Source: Rhina ancylostomus (taxonomy: Eukaryota). Taken from it: DNA of 64,000 nt. The notes under the pieces were generated by a model. It had not been told where the DNA came from, did not search any database, and worked only from the letters and a program-made list of their open reading frames with translations. Positions 51,270 to 62,020 of this stretch are shown piece after piece. The position numbers and the translations under genes are program-made. The stretch spans positions 28,451,211 through 28,515,210 of the forward strand of contig JARFYF010000055.1 in the NCBI GenBank assembly GCA_030265395.1. Direction: 5' to 3'. Position 1 is the stretch's first letter; every line of letters begins with the position of its first letter.

Positions 51270-51510
51270 TAACGTCAACTCACATTTATGTAATACTTTG
51301 AATGTAGAGAAAGGTGCCCTGGTGCTGGGACATAAACACAATGTGATCAAGAAATAGACACTGTGATAAGGCCTTCCTTTCAGACATTTGAGAGGATAAA
51401 ACTTTTCAAAGAGATGGGCAATGAGGAAGGTTTAAAAGAACAAGGGAGAGAAATGGAGAATTTTTGAAAAGGCTTTCAGAAAATAGGGCTGCAATCATAG
51501 AAGCCCTGTC
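51270..51510 (-). mobile_element. Decayed L2-type LINE 3' end
   Basis: caactcacatttatgtaatactttgaatgtag…tgaggaaggtttaaaagaa…ggctttcagaaaataggg, similar to 53940-54160. Confidence 0.45.
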
Positions 51511-53549
51511 ACTAATATCGTGGCCATAGGAGCTGCATTTCATAAAAGGTCCGAATCATCAAAATGCAAGTTCAGTGAGAGAAGTTGTACTTGCTGAATC
51601 AGGGATGGCCAAAAGCATGAGGAGATGCACGCACTTTGGACTGGGGCTTTTGGTAACCAGGAGACAATTTAATTCACTGGTCAAAGAATTAAAGGTAGTA
51701 TCAACAGAGATAAGAAACAAAAGAGGTAAAGCATAGGCTGCTGATTCACTGGTCTTATACAGACACACAAGCTTAAACCCCGCCCCTCTGGCTCTGAGGA
51801 AGGAAAGGCAAGAGTGAAGGAAGAAATAAATAGCCAGTGATTTGTTACTGAACTGGAATGCACTTGGAAAGCTCCCAGTACAGGCATGATGCCTTCACAA
51901 TTTAGAGGATGTCAGGGATGGTGCACTGGATGTCTGATCTGTTTGAATCTGCTATCTCAAAAGGATACTTGACAGATTATTCTTTTGCTTCTGAACATTC
52001 GATCGCAGTTAATTTTATGGTTAGTATTGAACTAGCACTAAATGTGATTTACATTCCAAAGTTTTAAAAAAAGGACTTGAGAAATCTGATCCTGTTGTGT
52101 AGCGCATTCAGTTTGTTACTTGGTGCAACACCTCATCTGCTATCCAGCTTCGCTTGGGCACTCCAGCCTTTCTCAAAGCAGTTTCAAGTAATTTCAAACA
52201 AATGACCCACAGTGGAATCAATCATAAAAATTGTTCAGATGCAGAGTTGTTTATTCAAAAAGTTCAGGAAATTCCCATGGTAACCCTTCACGGTGATAAA
52301 CTGAGAGTTGGAACACGACAGTCACTAGGGTTGAATCATTCATTTGCTGAATGTATTGATCACAGCAGGGCAGAAGTTAGGATATGATAATTAGTCCAAG
52401 TGCACCTTGATTAGTAGAAAATCGGTAAGAGTTTCTCCTCCATTTGTTATCCAGCTGCTCTAATAGGTATGTGGATGTTTGGGAAGAACAGAGTGGGGCT
52501 GAGCTGTATGTTGCACTCTGTGTTTGCAAAGCCTGAAACATCAGTTGTTGGGACTGACTCATGAGTGCTGACCAAATGAGGCATGTGGTGGCTGCAGAAC
52601 TTTGCCTAAGATAGAATTAATGGCTCTGGTGAAGGGGAACAATCCAGCAGAAAAAAAATCAAAAGCAGTCAGTTTACTGAAATAATTCAAGTGTAAAACT
52701 CCATTTTATATTCTGGAACTTGTGCATCAATTACACCATGAAACACAAAGGAACCCCTTTGGAACTGTCTCAAGAAAAAGAGATGGGAGGTTAAAGCACC
52801 TTTCATCTATTATTTTAGTATTGTTTTCCCTATTCTTTTTCAACTTAATTGTGAATTACAGAAACCACTGTTTTAAAGCTGTATAAAACATGCATTGTCA
52901 TATTTGAATGAAGGCCTCCCTAAAACCCAGCCAAATGTTATTGCAATGCTGTCTCTGATAAAATTCTGTGTCATAAATCACTGTCAACAATGCAGTGTCA
53001 TGTTAATGTTGCATTGGCCTGCAAAATGCAGAAATAGGCTACTAACTAATCCCATCAGTTTATGGATTGCCCTGGTCAATGTTGAACTGGTAGGTGGTGG
53101 TAAATTTTATTAGTTAAAATGGCTAAATGACCTTAATTGCGCACACACAGTTATTTTTGCCAATTTTGACTTAACTGTGCTTGATGAAAAACTAAAGTTC
53201 ATACATCTCTTGATTGCTTTTGTTTTTAAGAACCAAATAGTCATTCAAATACAATTGTGCTGAAGCAACAGCCTTTCCTCGTTCAACCCTGTTTCAGTTT
53301 CTGAGACTGAGTCAAACATAGTAAAAAACTGAAAATAAAACCTCAGAACTAAACAAAAATTTGAAGTAAAGAAATGGAAAGCCCTACTTATTTTTAAGGA
53401 AGGGTACTAAAATAAACAACCCGAATTCAGATAGTTAGAGAAAAGGAGAGGCCTTATTTAACTTTAATCTACAATTACCTGGAAGTGGAGGTATACTGTA
53501 CAACATTCAGTTGAGGTGATATTGCCCCTGTCTTAAAACACCAAAAAAA

Positions 53550-54160
53550 AGGAGAAATTTGCATCTTTTGCTGCATCGTATTATCACAAAGCATGTTACA
53601 ACCCATGAAGTGCTCTCGAAAGACAATCAAAATTATACCGTAAGGAAATGGGCGGCCAATTTCTACACAACAAACACATACAATATAATGATGGTTGAAT
53701 GGTATTTTTTGGTGTTGCTGACTGAGGGAATAATTTGAGGTCTGTGCAGTAATGCCAAGTGATCTTTAATACCCACCTGGATAAGTAGGCCAAAGAGGGC
53801 AGCCCCAACAATGGTGAATGGGCTCAGCACTGTAATGGAGCATCAGGATTTCTTCTGGTCTCCTGAATTGGACTTGTATCCACAAGCATATAGCTCAGAA
53901 GCTGGAGTATGATTAACTGAGCACTATTGACACTAATACCAACAACAACGTGCATTCACGAAGCATCTCTAAAGTTGGAATAAGTCCCAAGGTGCTTCAC
54001 AGATTCATAATCAGACAACCTCAGTATTGACGTGGAATCAGTATTATGAGTTAAGGCTTTCTCGGAGGTGTTTTAAAGAGCAACTTAAAAGGGAAGAATG
54101 AGATGTAAGGAGGTAGTGATATTTAGGAAAGGAATTGCAGAGCTCAGTTGATGGCACAGC
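53550..54160 (-). mobile_element. DeuSINE-type SINE (53550-53930) followed by an L2-type 3' end (53940-54160)
   Basis: gactgagggaataatt…gatctttaatacccacctgga…ctcagcactgtaatggag; aacaacaacgtgcattcacg…tttaggaaaggaattgcagagc. Confidence 0.55.
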
Positions 54161-54329
54161 AGAGCATTGTGGATCTGGAGGAGGTTTCATTGAAATGCAC
54201 ACAGATGTCTCAAGTGCCACATCCAACCACTGTTCCCCTCACTTCTGCAATCCTTCTTCCTCCTTCACCCCTCCTGCCTGTCCATATACACACACATGGT
54301 TCATAGTTATACATCTATTCGGTGTAACA

Positions 54330-54705
54330 CAGATGTTGCTTGAAGGCTGGCAATTATTTCCCATCACTGATTCACACAGAGAAAGTGGTGATGAACTGAT
54401 TTTGTGAACTGCCTCTGTCATTCTGGTGTTAGATAGCAGGAAGATCCAGGATTTAGATCCAGCAATACCAAAAGAAAGGTGATGCATTTTCAAGTCAGAA
54501 TGGTGTATGACTTGTTGGCGGACCTGCAGGTGGTGTTTCTTCCACGCATCTGATGCTTGGCCTTCTTGGTGGTGCAGGTCCTGCTTGTGGGAAGTGCTTT
54601 TGGATTAGCCTAGATGAGTTGCATTTTGCAGAAAGCAAACACTGCAGCTAAGGTGCGCTGGTGGAAGGAGTAAATATTTAGCATGGTGGATGGTACTAAT
54701 CAAGT
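54330..54705 (-). mobile_element. Decayed CR1/L2-clade LINE, same family as 8400-8820
   Basis: ttttgcagaaagcaaacactgcagctaaggtgcgctggtgga complements ccgctggtgtattgtggctgcagtgtgcactatctacaaa. Confidence 0.55.
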
Positions 54706-54709
54706 GCAA

Positions 54710-55203
54710 CACACTAAAAGTTGGAGGATCTCAGTGGGACAGTCAACATATAGGGTTGAAACCCTTTATCTGAACTGAAAGGTAGAAGAGAGATAGCCAG
54801 TATGAAGAGGTGGAGCAAGGGCCTGCAGATGATAGGTGGATCCAGGTAAGGAGGGGAGATGGGAGGATTGAGGAGGGGAGAGTGGGGTTAGCACCAGCTG
54901 GGAGATGATAGGTGGAAGTGACAGAGGGCTGAAGATGATGGAATCTGATAGGAGTGGAAGGTGGAACATGGAATGAAGGGAGGGAGTTGGGGAGGGCAGA
55001 TGGGAGTAATGGGGGAGAGAAGCCAGTGGGAGGATGGGCCAATGGAGAAGGTGGAGGAGGAGAAAGGGACGGGGTGATGGGGGCTGGGTAGAGAAATGGG
55101 ACCAAGGGGAAGCAGTTTTCTGGAAGTTGGAGAATTCAATGTTCATGCCACCAGGCTGAAGGCTCCCCAGGAGGAATACGAGGTGCTGTTCCTTTAGTTT
55201 CTC
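54710..55203 (-). mobile_element. Penelope-like element 3' end (GIY-YIG C-terminus, C/T-rich UTR, decayed hammerhead pLTR)
   Basis: Minus strand RKLKEQHLVFLLGSLQPGGMNIEFSNFQK; terminal cagtt-CAGATAA-agggtttcaaccct-ata-tgtt-gactg. Confidence 0.85.
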
Positions 55204-55214
55204 AAGTTCCTCAA

Positions 55215-55990
55215 GTGGGCTGCTGAGACATTATAAGGCATTGGTCAGACCACATTTGGAATATTGTGAGCAATTTTGTCCCTGTATCTAAGGAAAGATG
55301 TGCTGGCCCTGGAGAGGATCCAGAGGAGGTTCANNNNNNNNNNNNNNNNNNNNNNNNNNNNNNNNNNNNNNNNNNNNNNNNNNNNNNNNNNNNNNNNNNN
55401 NNNNNNNNNNNNNNNNNNNNNNNNNNNNNNNNNTGGGCGTGCTATGTTGGCGCCGGAAGCGTGGCGACACTTGCGGGCTGCCCCCAGAACACTCTATGCA
55501 AAAGATGCATACGTACCAACCTCTGTGTGAAACACTTACCCCTCAGGTCCCTCTCACCTTAAACCTACGCCCTCTAGTTTTAGACAGCCCTACCCTGAAA
55601 AAGGACTATGACCATCCACCTTATCTAGACCCCTCATGATTTTATAAACCTCGAAAAGATCACCTCTCAGCCTCCTTCACTTCAGGGAGAACAATCTCAG
55701 CCTATTCAATCTCCCCTTATAATTCAAACCCTCCAGTCCCAACAAAATCCATGCAAATGTTTTCAAACCCTCTCCAGCTTAATCATATCTTTCACCAGAA
55801 CTGCACACAATTCTCCAAGTGCAATCTCACCAATGTCTTGCACAGTTGTAACATGAAGTACCTACTCTTGAACTCAGTGCCCCAATCAATGAAGTTAGGT
55901 GTGCCTAACACCTTTGTCACCACCCTGCCTACCTGTGTCATCACTTGTTAGACCCATGTACTCGCACCCCTCAGTCCCTCAGTTCTACGG
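55215..55990. mobile_element. Nested cluster: CR1 + (55215-55333), N gap, CpG-rich retroposon tail + (55434-55510), CR1 - (55515-55990)
   Basis: LVRPHLEYCEQF…LRKDVLALERIQRRF; ggcgccggaagcgtggcgacacttgcgggctgcccccagaacactctatgcaaaagatgcat; minus-strand CR1 (gatcacctctcagcctcc…). Confidence 0.75.
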
Positions 55991-56284
55991 CACTTCCCAG
56001 GACCCCTTCCCAATGGATTTCCCAGGCCTTTTGGGAAACCCATTCTGCTGGATTCCAACCCTACAACAGCAACCCTTGCACAGAACTCACCTGCAGGCTA
56101 AAATCCAGGGGTTGCTGCCTGGAAATTAGAACAATTCAATGAGAACAGCTGGGTTGTCAGATTCATCATAAGGATTAATATCATTGGTTAAATATTTAAT
56201 GCCTTTCTGTGAATTACACAAAAAAAATCAAAATCCAGTAAACATGAATTTCATGCAGAAATTCTAACATGTAGAATGTCAGGA

Positions 56285-56545
56285 ACTTAGAGCAATACAG
56301 CACAGGAACAGGCCCTTCGGCCCACCATGTCTGTTCCAACCACGATGCCAAATTAAACTAAACCCATCTGCCTGCACATGATCCACATCCCTCCATCCCC
56401 TGCCGGTTTATGTGTCTGTCTAAATGCCCCTTAAATATCTCTATCGTATCTGCCCCCACCACCTCCCCGGCAAACTGCTCCAGGCACCCACCACTCTCTG
56501 TGCAGAAAATTTACCGCGCACATCTCCTTTAAACTTTCCCCTTAA
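56285..56545 (-). mobile_element. CR1 3' tail
   Basis: caatacagcacaggaacaggcccttcggcccaccatgtct…ccaggcacccaccactctctgtg. Confidence 0.85.
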
Positions 56546-57254
56546 CAGGGCTGCTGTATCGGCTGAGCTCTAACTGGTCTTTGTTAAAGTACGTGTCTGC
56601 TGATTGAAGGGGTTCAGTCCCACATTTGCATCATTCAATTAAGCAAGTTTAACCCGGGCTTTTGGATAGGGGCACAGCATTGCCGTGGGAGTCCACTTGC
56701 TCATTTCTCCAGTATCTGCTTGCTTCACACTCTGTGCCATGTGCAGAAACACCACAGGCCCTTTTATGAGATTACAACAGCTTCGCAGGTGGCTCTATTG
56801 TTGATGGATCTGTGCTATTTTTCACATGCTCCTGGGAACCAGATGCTTTAGAGGAGAGTTTGAAGATCACTGTGTCAGACCAGGCAGGAACTAACAGAAA
56901 GCAAGGAAGTCAAATCCAAAAACAGAGAAGCTGAATTCTGCATGAATTCTGTGTCCACTCAGCGAGACACATTAACTCAGTGTGGGCCAGATTCCAACGC
57001 ACCAGCCAGGCTTCCTGAAACTGCTTCTGACATGTTCTGGAAACTGCTTTAAACATTTGTGCCCCTTGTCTAAGCCAAACCATACACACCTTTCAGCAGT
57101 CAGTACCAGATGTGCAAAGGGCCAGAAATGATTACTTTCAGCTACAATATTCAGTTTCATTTCCAGGTTGAGCAAGTCAAGGTTGATGTGCATTTATATA
57201 GCACCGTTAAGGACCTCAGGACATCTTACAGCCAGCAAAGTACTACTTTCATAA

Positions 57255-57950
57255 AGTCAGAGAGTACTACAGCACAGAAACAGGCCCTTCAGCCCATCTA
57301 GTCCATCCCAACCTGATCTTCTGCCTAGTCCCATCGACCTGCACCCAAACCATAGCCCTCCAAACCCCTCCCATCCATGGACCTCTCCAAACTTCTCTTA
57401 AACGTTACAATTGAACCCACATCCACCACTTCCGTTGGCAGCTCGTTCCACACTCGCACCGCCCTCTGAATGAAGAAGTTTCCCCTCAGATTCCCCTTAA
57501 ATATTTCACCTTTCACCATAAACCTATGACCTCTAGTTCAAGTCTCACTCAATCTGAGGGGAAAAAGCCTGCATGCATTCACCCTGTCTATAACCCTCAT
57601 CATTTTATACATAAGATCTCCCCTCATTCTCCTGTGCTCCAGGGAATAAAGTCCTAACCTATTCAACCTTTCCCTGTAACTCAGGTCCTCAAGTTCCAGC
57701 AACATCCATGTAAATTTTCTCTGCACTCTTTCAAGCTGATAGACATCTTTCCTGCAGGTAGGTGACCAGAACTGCACACAAGGGCAGTGGAAGCTGAGTT
57801 ATAGTTTTCATTGATAGGTATGTGGATATTAAGGGAATCACTGGACATGGGGATCATGCTGGAAAATGATGCTGAAGACTCTGACTTTGAATGCTGGAGA
57901 AGGCGTGAAGGGCTGTGTGGCCTAATCCTATTTCTTATGTTCTAATGTTT
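57255..57950. mobile_element. CR1 - (57255-57780) joined to a CR1 + tail (57781-57950)
   Basis: QFWSPTCRKDVYQLERVQRKFTWMLLELEDLSYRERLNRLGLYSLEHRRMRGDL; + tail gaagggctgtgtggcctaatcctatttcttatgttct. Confidence 0.88.
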
Positions 57951-58148
57951 ATTACCCTAGCACCAGGGAGGTGATTATAGAATGTGGGAAGTAACCATTC
58001 TCAGCAATCAGCACTTTAACCCTGACTGTGTTACTGTCAGACAGGTGAAGCACAACATGAGTTCCAGGCACTTGACTCCACTCTGTGAATACCTGGGAAA
58101 AGATGTGCTGTGAGAGTGAGAGCGTTTGGCCAGCAGAAATGGGTGGAT

Positions 58149-58166
58149 GCTGCCCTCTGCTGGTGG
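58149..58166 (-). promoter_or_regulatory. Candidate CTCF binding site
   Basis: Minus strand CCACCAGCAGAGGGCAGC matches the CTCF core CCASYAGRKGGCRS; lies in apparently non-repetitive, GC-richer sequence. Confidence 0.45.
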
Positions 58167-58664
58167 ATCCTCGAGTGTTTCTGCCACTCATTTTGTTCCG
58201 GTTGTCGGTTTTGATCATGATTTGGTGATGACAAGGGAGTCCAATGCATTTTAACAGGATGGGTTGAAGTTGTGACTTGTGAGTGCTCTTGTACACATGA
58301 GAGCTTCAGGTGACCATACATGGGTGCTGCTTGTCCAGTTGTTTGCTGTGCTCAGCAGCCTCTGAGTGTTCTGGATTCAGTAACTGGTTGGACTCGAGTT
58401 GGCTGAGCCCAGCCTCTGGCAGGGATGTGTCAGCAGGATAATTCCTCATCTGTGCGGTAGGGAGGATGGGGGTCACCAGTCCTGGTGAGAAGGTATCTGG
58501 ATAAGGAAGCCTCCTCTGAGCAAAAGCCCATGACGTTGAGTCAGGTGCGGAAACAGCCCGTTTTAAATCAATCTGCTATGAAACACTTACTCTCTCCGTT
58601 TTGGTCTTCATTCAGTCCCGGAGGAAAGTACCTGTTTTGGTGACGGTGTTGCTTAACTCATTCC

Positions 58665-59047
58665 TTGAATGAGGGGGTTGGCCTTATGAGGAGAGATTCT
58701 GTAAGACTGCCTGATACTCACTGGAGTTAGGAGAATTTCAGTATATCTCACTGAAATATATCAGATACTGAAAGGCCTGGATAGGGTGCACATGGAGAGA
58801 ATGTTTCCGTTAGTAGGAGAGTCCAGGATTCAAGGGCACAAAGGGATGTCCCTTTAGAACTGACACGAGGAGGAATTTCTTTAGCCAGAGGGTGGTGAAT
58901 CCGTGGAATTCATTGCCCAGAGGGCAGAGGAGGCCAAGTCATTGGGTGTATTTAAGGCAGAGATTGATAGGTTCTTGATTGGTAGGGGGGTTAAGGGTTA
59001 CTGCTTAATTCTGCTCCTATATCTCATGGTATTTATATCTCATGGTG
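58665..59047 (+). mobile_element. CR1 3' fragment
   Basis: tactcactggagttaggagaat…gagggtggtgaatccgtggaattcattgccc…tail repeat tatatctcatggt x2. Confidence 0.85.
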
Positions 59048-60044
59048 CCTGCGCTTCTGGCTTGTTGCAATAAAAAGTATTACATCACACCCATGAGTTA
59101 CAGATGGCGGAATGACTTCAGCAGTCAGTAGGTGAGTGACTCACCACAGGACACTCAGCCTCGCACCTGATCTTGCAGCCAGAATATTAACATAGTTCCC
59201 CCATTTATATTTGCAAACAGGTCACATTTAATCTCAAGAAAAGGGTCCCAAATTAAAAAAGAATTATCATCTGTCCTGAGACCATAATCAGACTTTTTAT
59301 CTGGAGGTTGAGTTTTCTGTGTATTTCTGATGTTTCTCACCAGTTGCTTTACGTTAATAAAGTTGACTCATTTTGATTTGCTGCTTTCATATAAACCAGT
59401 CATCAAATTGGAACATTCTGTTTTGGTGCTTCAGTGATTCTGCTATATAATTTTGACATTTGTTTAAATATTCAGAAATAAGAATCAACTATGAAATGCC
59501 TCCGTGTTGAGTGTGTGTTACCCACACCCGGAGACATTTCTAATTAATTCAATGTTTCCCCATAGACTGTAAATAATACAGGCAGTCCCTGTTCCTAAGA
59601 ACAATCCATAAGCCACTTGCTCTGAGACGTCAGTTCTCTATAGTAACCTACAGCATATCGCTCTGCAAACATTTGCTACAATTCATTCATTTCATTGAGT
59701 ACTCACCCTAACATTACCCATAATTAATTGAATGGAATATATACTGTGTCCAATCATTAATGAATACCAGGAAACATTTTATTACTATTTTTTTATTATT
59801 ACTATTAGCTTGAACAATGCTTTAATAATATATGGGAGAATTTGCGTTAAGTCGGATTTCTGTACAATAGGTCATTTGTAACCCTATACCTTTTCCTTGT
59901 ACAACACAATAACTTCTTCATACACGCCAACTTATTAATATCAACAAATCTTGATACAATTTGAGTTTGAATACAGAGAACCTCACCCAGGGTCATTTCA
60001 ACTCATCTCCCTATCATTCCTTCCAACCAGGCCTACGTTTTAAT

Positions 60045-60192
60045 AGGGACACAAGAGATTGCAGCTCGTGTAATCTGGACCCAAAAAACAAACTGCTGGA
60101 GGAACTCAGCGAGTCAGGCAGCATTTGTGGAGACAAAGGAGTAGTCGATGTTTTGGGTTGAGACCCTGCATTGTGTCCTCCAGCAGTTTGTT
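60045..60192. mobile_element. PLE-derived fold-back element (short right arm)
   Basis: aacaaactgctggagga … tcctccagcagtttgtt perfect 17-bp inverted repeat; same subfamily as 19863. Confidence 0.8.
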
Positions 60193-60861
60193 AAGATTCG
60201 ATGTATTCCCTGGCTTCCATTCATGACTTTCCTTCCTCTGAGATATCACCAGAATATCCTCAGTTAAATAACAAAAACAAAATGTTATCTGAAGATAGGT
60301 CTACCCAGCAATATAAAAGGGTTTAAATAAAATCAAAGGATTTATTCTATTAAGTTTCACTTTCCTTCTTATCTAAAATGCAGTGCTCAAAGATACATTT
60401 GAAATCCAAACTCACTAGGTGTGAAGTCAGACGGGAGGACCATGTCTCAACACTCCACAGTGTAGCATGCAGCATTTTTGATAGTGAGGCTTTCAACATA
60501 ACCTCATTATAGAACATAATGCAAATTGGTAAATGGGTCACATATATAACTTTGTGGTTAACGTTAGTGTTAAAAATACTCTTTTTTTCAGTTGCATTGT
60601 TAGGTTGCTGGGATATTTTGTTCCACTTTGCAATTCTTGCCAAATCGCACTATCCTCCTGGTTGAGATTGAGGCCAGTGACCTATTAGTATGCCAGTTTG
60701 TCATCTAATTTAGATAATTTGCACTAATGACCTATTTTTCCTCGTTTTTTGATTCTTCACGAGGCATTTTGGTAGCATCTGGATGAACAAGATGAAGGAA
60801 TTCCACCATAAAATTCTCAAGGATATTGCAGGATTAAAACATGATTATAATGTTTAATAAA

Positions 60862-61370
60862 AACATAAGAAATGGAAACAGAAGTAGGCCCTCAGGCCTG
60901 CTCTGTCTCTCAATAAAATGATGACTGATCTAATCCTTGTCCTAACCTCATTTTTATACCTGTTTCCTGTAACCCTTGATACCCCTTGGAGATGAAAAAT
61001 CTCTCCATCTTGGTCTTGAATACATTCAGTGGTTCATCCTCCATGGATCTGTGAGGTAGCGAATTCCAAAGATTCATTGCTGTCTGAGAGATGTAATTCC
61101 TCCTTATTCCATTTTATATGGGTAACCATTTATTATGAAACTATGCCCTCAGTTCTGGATTACCTCACAAGCAGAAGCTTCCTCACAGCTGTTACCCTGT
61201 CAAGGACCCTCAGAATCTCTACGCTTTAATAAGATGTCCTCTCATTCCTCTGAACTCCATTGAGTACAGGACCAAACTGCCCAACCATTCCTCATAAAAT
61301 AACCCCTCTATCTCCGTAATCAACCAAGTGAAACCCTCTGCACTGCCTCTCATGTAAGCAAACCCTTCGT
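60862..61370 (-). mobile_element. CR1 3' fragment, decayed
   Basis: aacataagaaatggaaacagaagtaggcc tail; ctctcattcctctgaactccattgagtacagg. Confidence 0.8.
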
Positions 61371-61659
61371 GAAATCATTCTCCAGAACTCCTCTCTGTCT
61401 GAAGCAAGGATTTCCTAGTTGCAAAAGAGGCCAATGTTTAACAATTAAATTGGCTTGCAATATTAAAACTTTGTTCATGTGCATCCAGTTTAAGAAGTTA
61501 CTTTGCAGCTCAACTTCTGTTAGTGAAAGGATTTTTCACATTGCCAATCTCTTTTGAATTTTTGTTTCTGGATCAATTTTCAGATTTCCCTCTACAACAG
61601 AAATGAACCTGGAACTGACTTTAGAATGACCTTTCACTAATTTCTGCTAATGACATAAT

Positions 61660-62020
61660 GCATACTCTATTGCACCCTTCACGATTTCTCAAAATGCTTC
61701 ATAATCAGTAAACAATTTTTGAAGTGTAGTTACTTATGGTATTGTACTGTGCAGAATCATAGAAGACAGGTCACACACTGGTGCTACAAAGCAAAGAGCT
61801 AACTGATCCGACACTCTGTGGTTCAGTGATATTGGCTGAAGAATAAATGATGACCAAGACAATAGGAGATCTCAGTTTTTCTCTTGTCAAATAATGACAT
61901 GGAATTGTTTATCAGTCCTGCACTGGCCTAGATTATGTGGTCAAATCTCTGGATATAATCTATAACCTTCTGATTCAGATGCAAAAATGTTATCAATGAA
62001 CCAAAACTGAAAACCAGATA
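61660..62020 (-). mobile_element. DeuSINE-type ancient SINE, decayed
   Basis: tttttgaagtgtagttact…tattggctgaagaataaatgatgaccaagacaataggaga…accttctgattcaga. Confidence 0.5.

Noticed and set aside
54743-55146. Pro/Ser-rich ORFs on the minus strand
   Set aside because: Low-complexity C/T-rich 3' UTR of a Penelope-like element.
59131-59145. Palindrome ggtgagt-g-actcacc containing an AP-1 site
   Set aside because: 7-bp arms are expected by chance at this window size; no supporting context.
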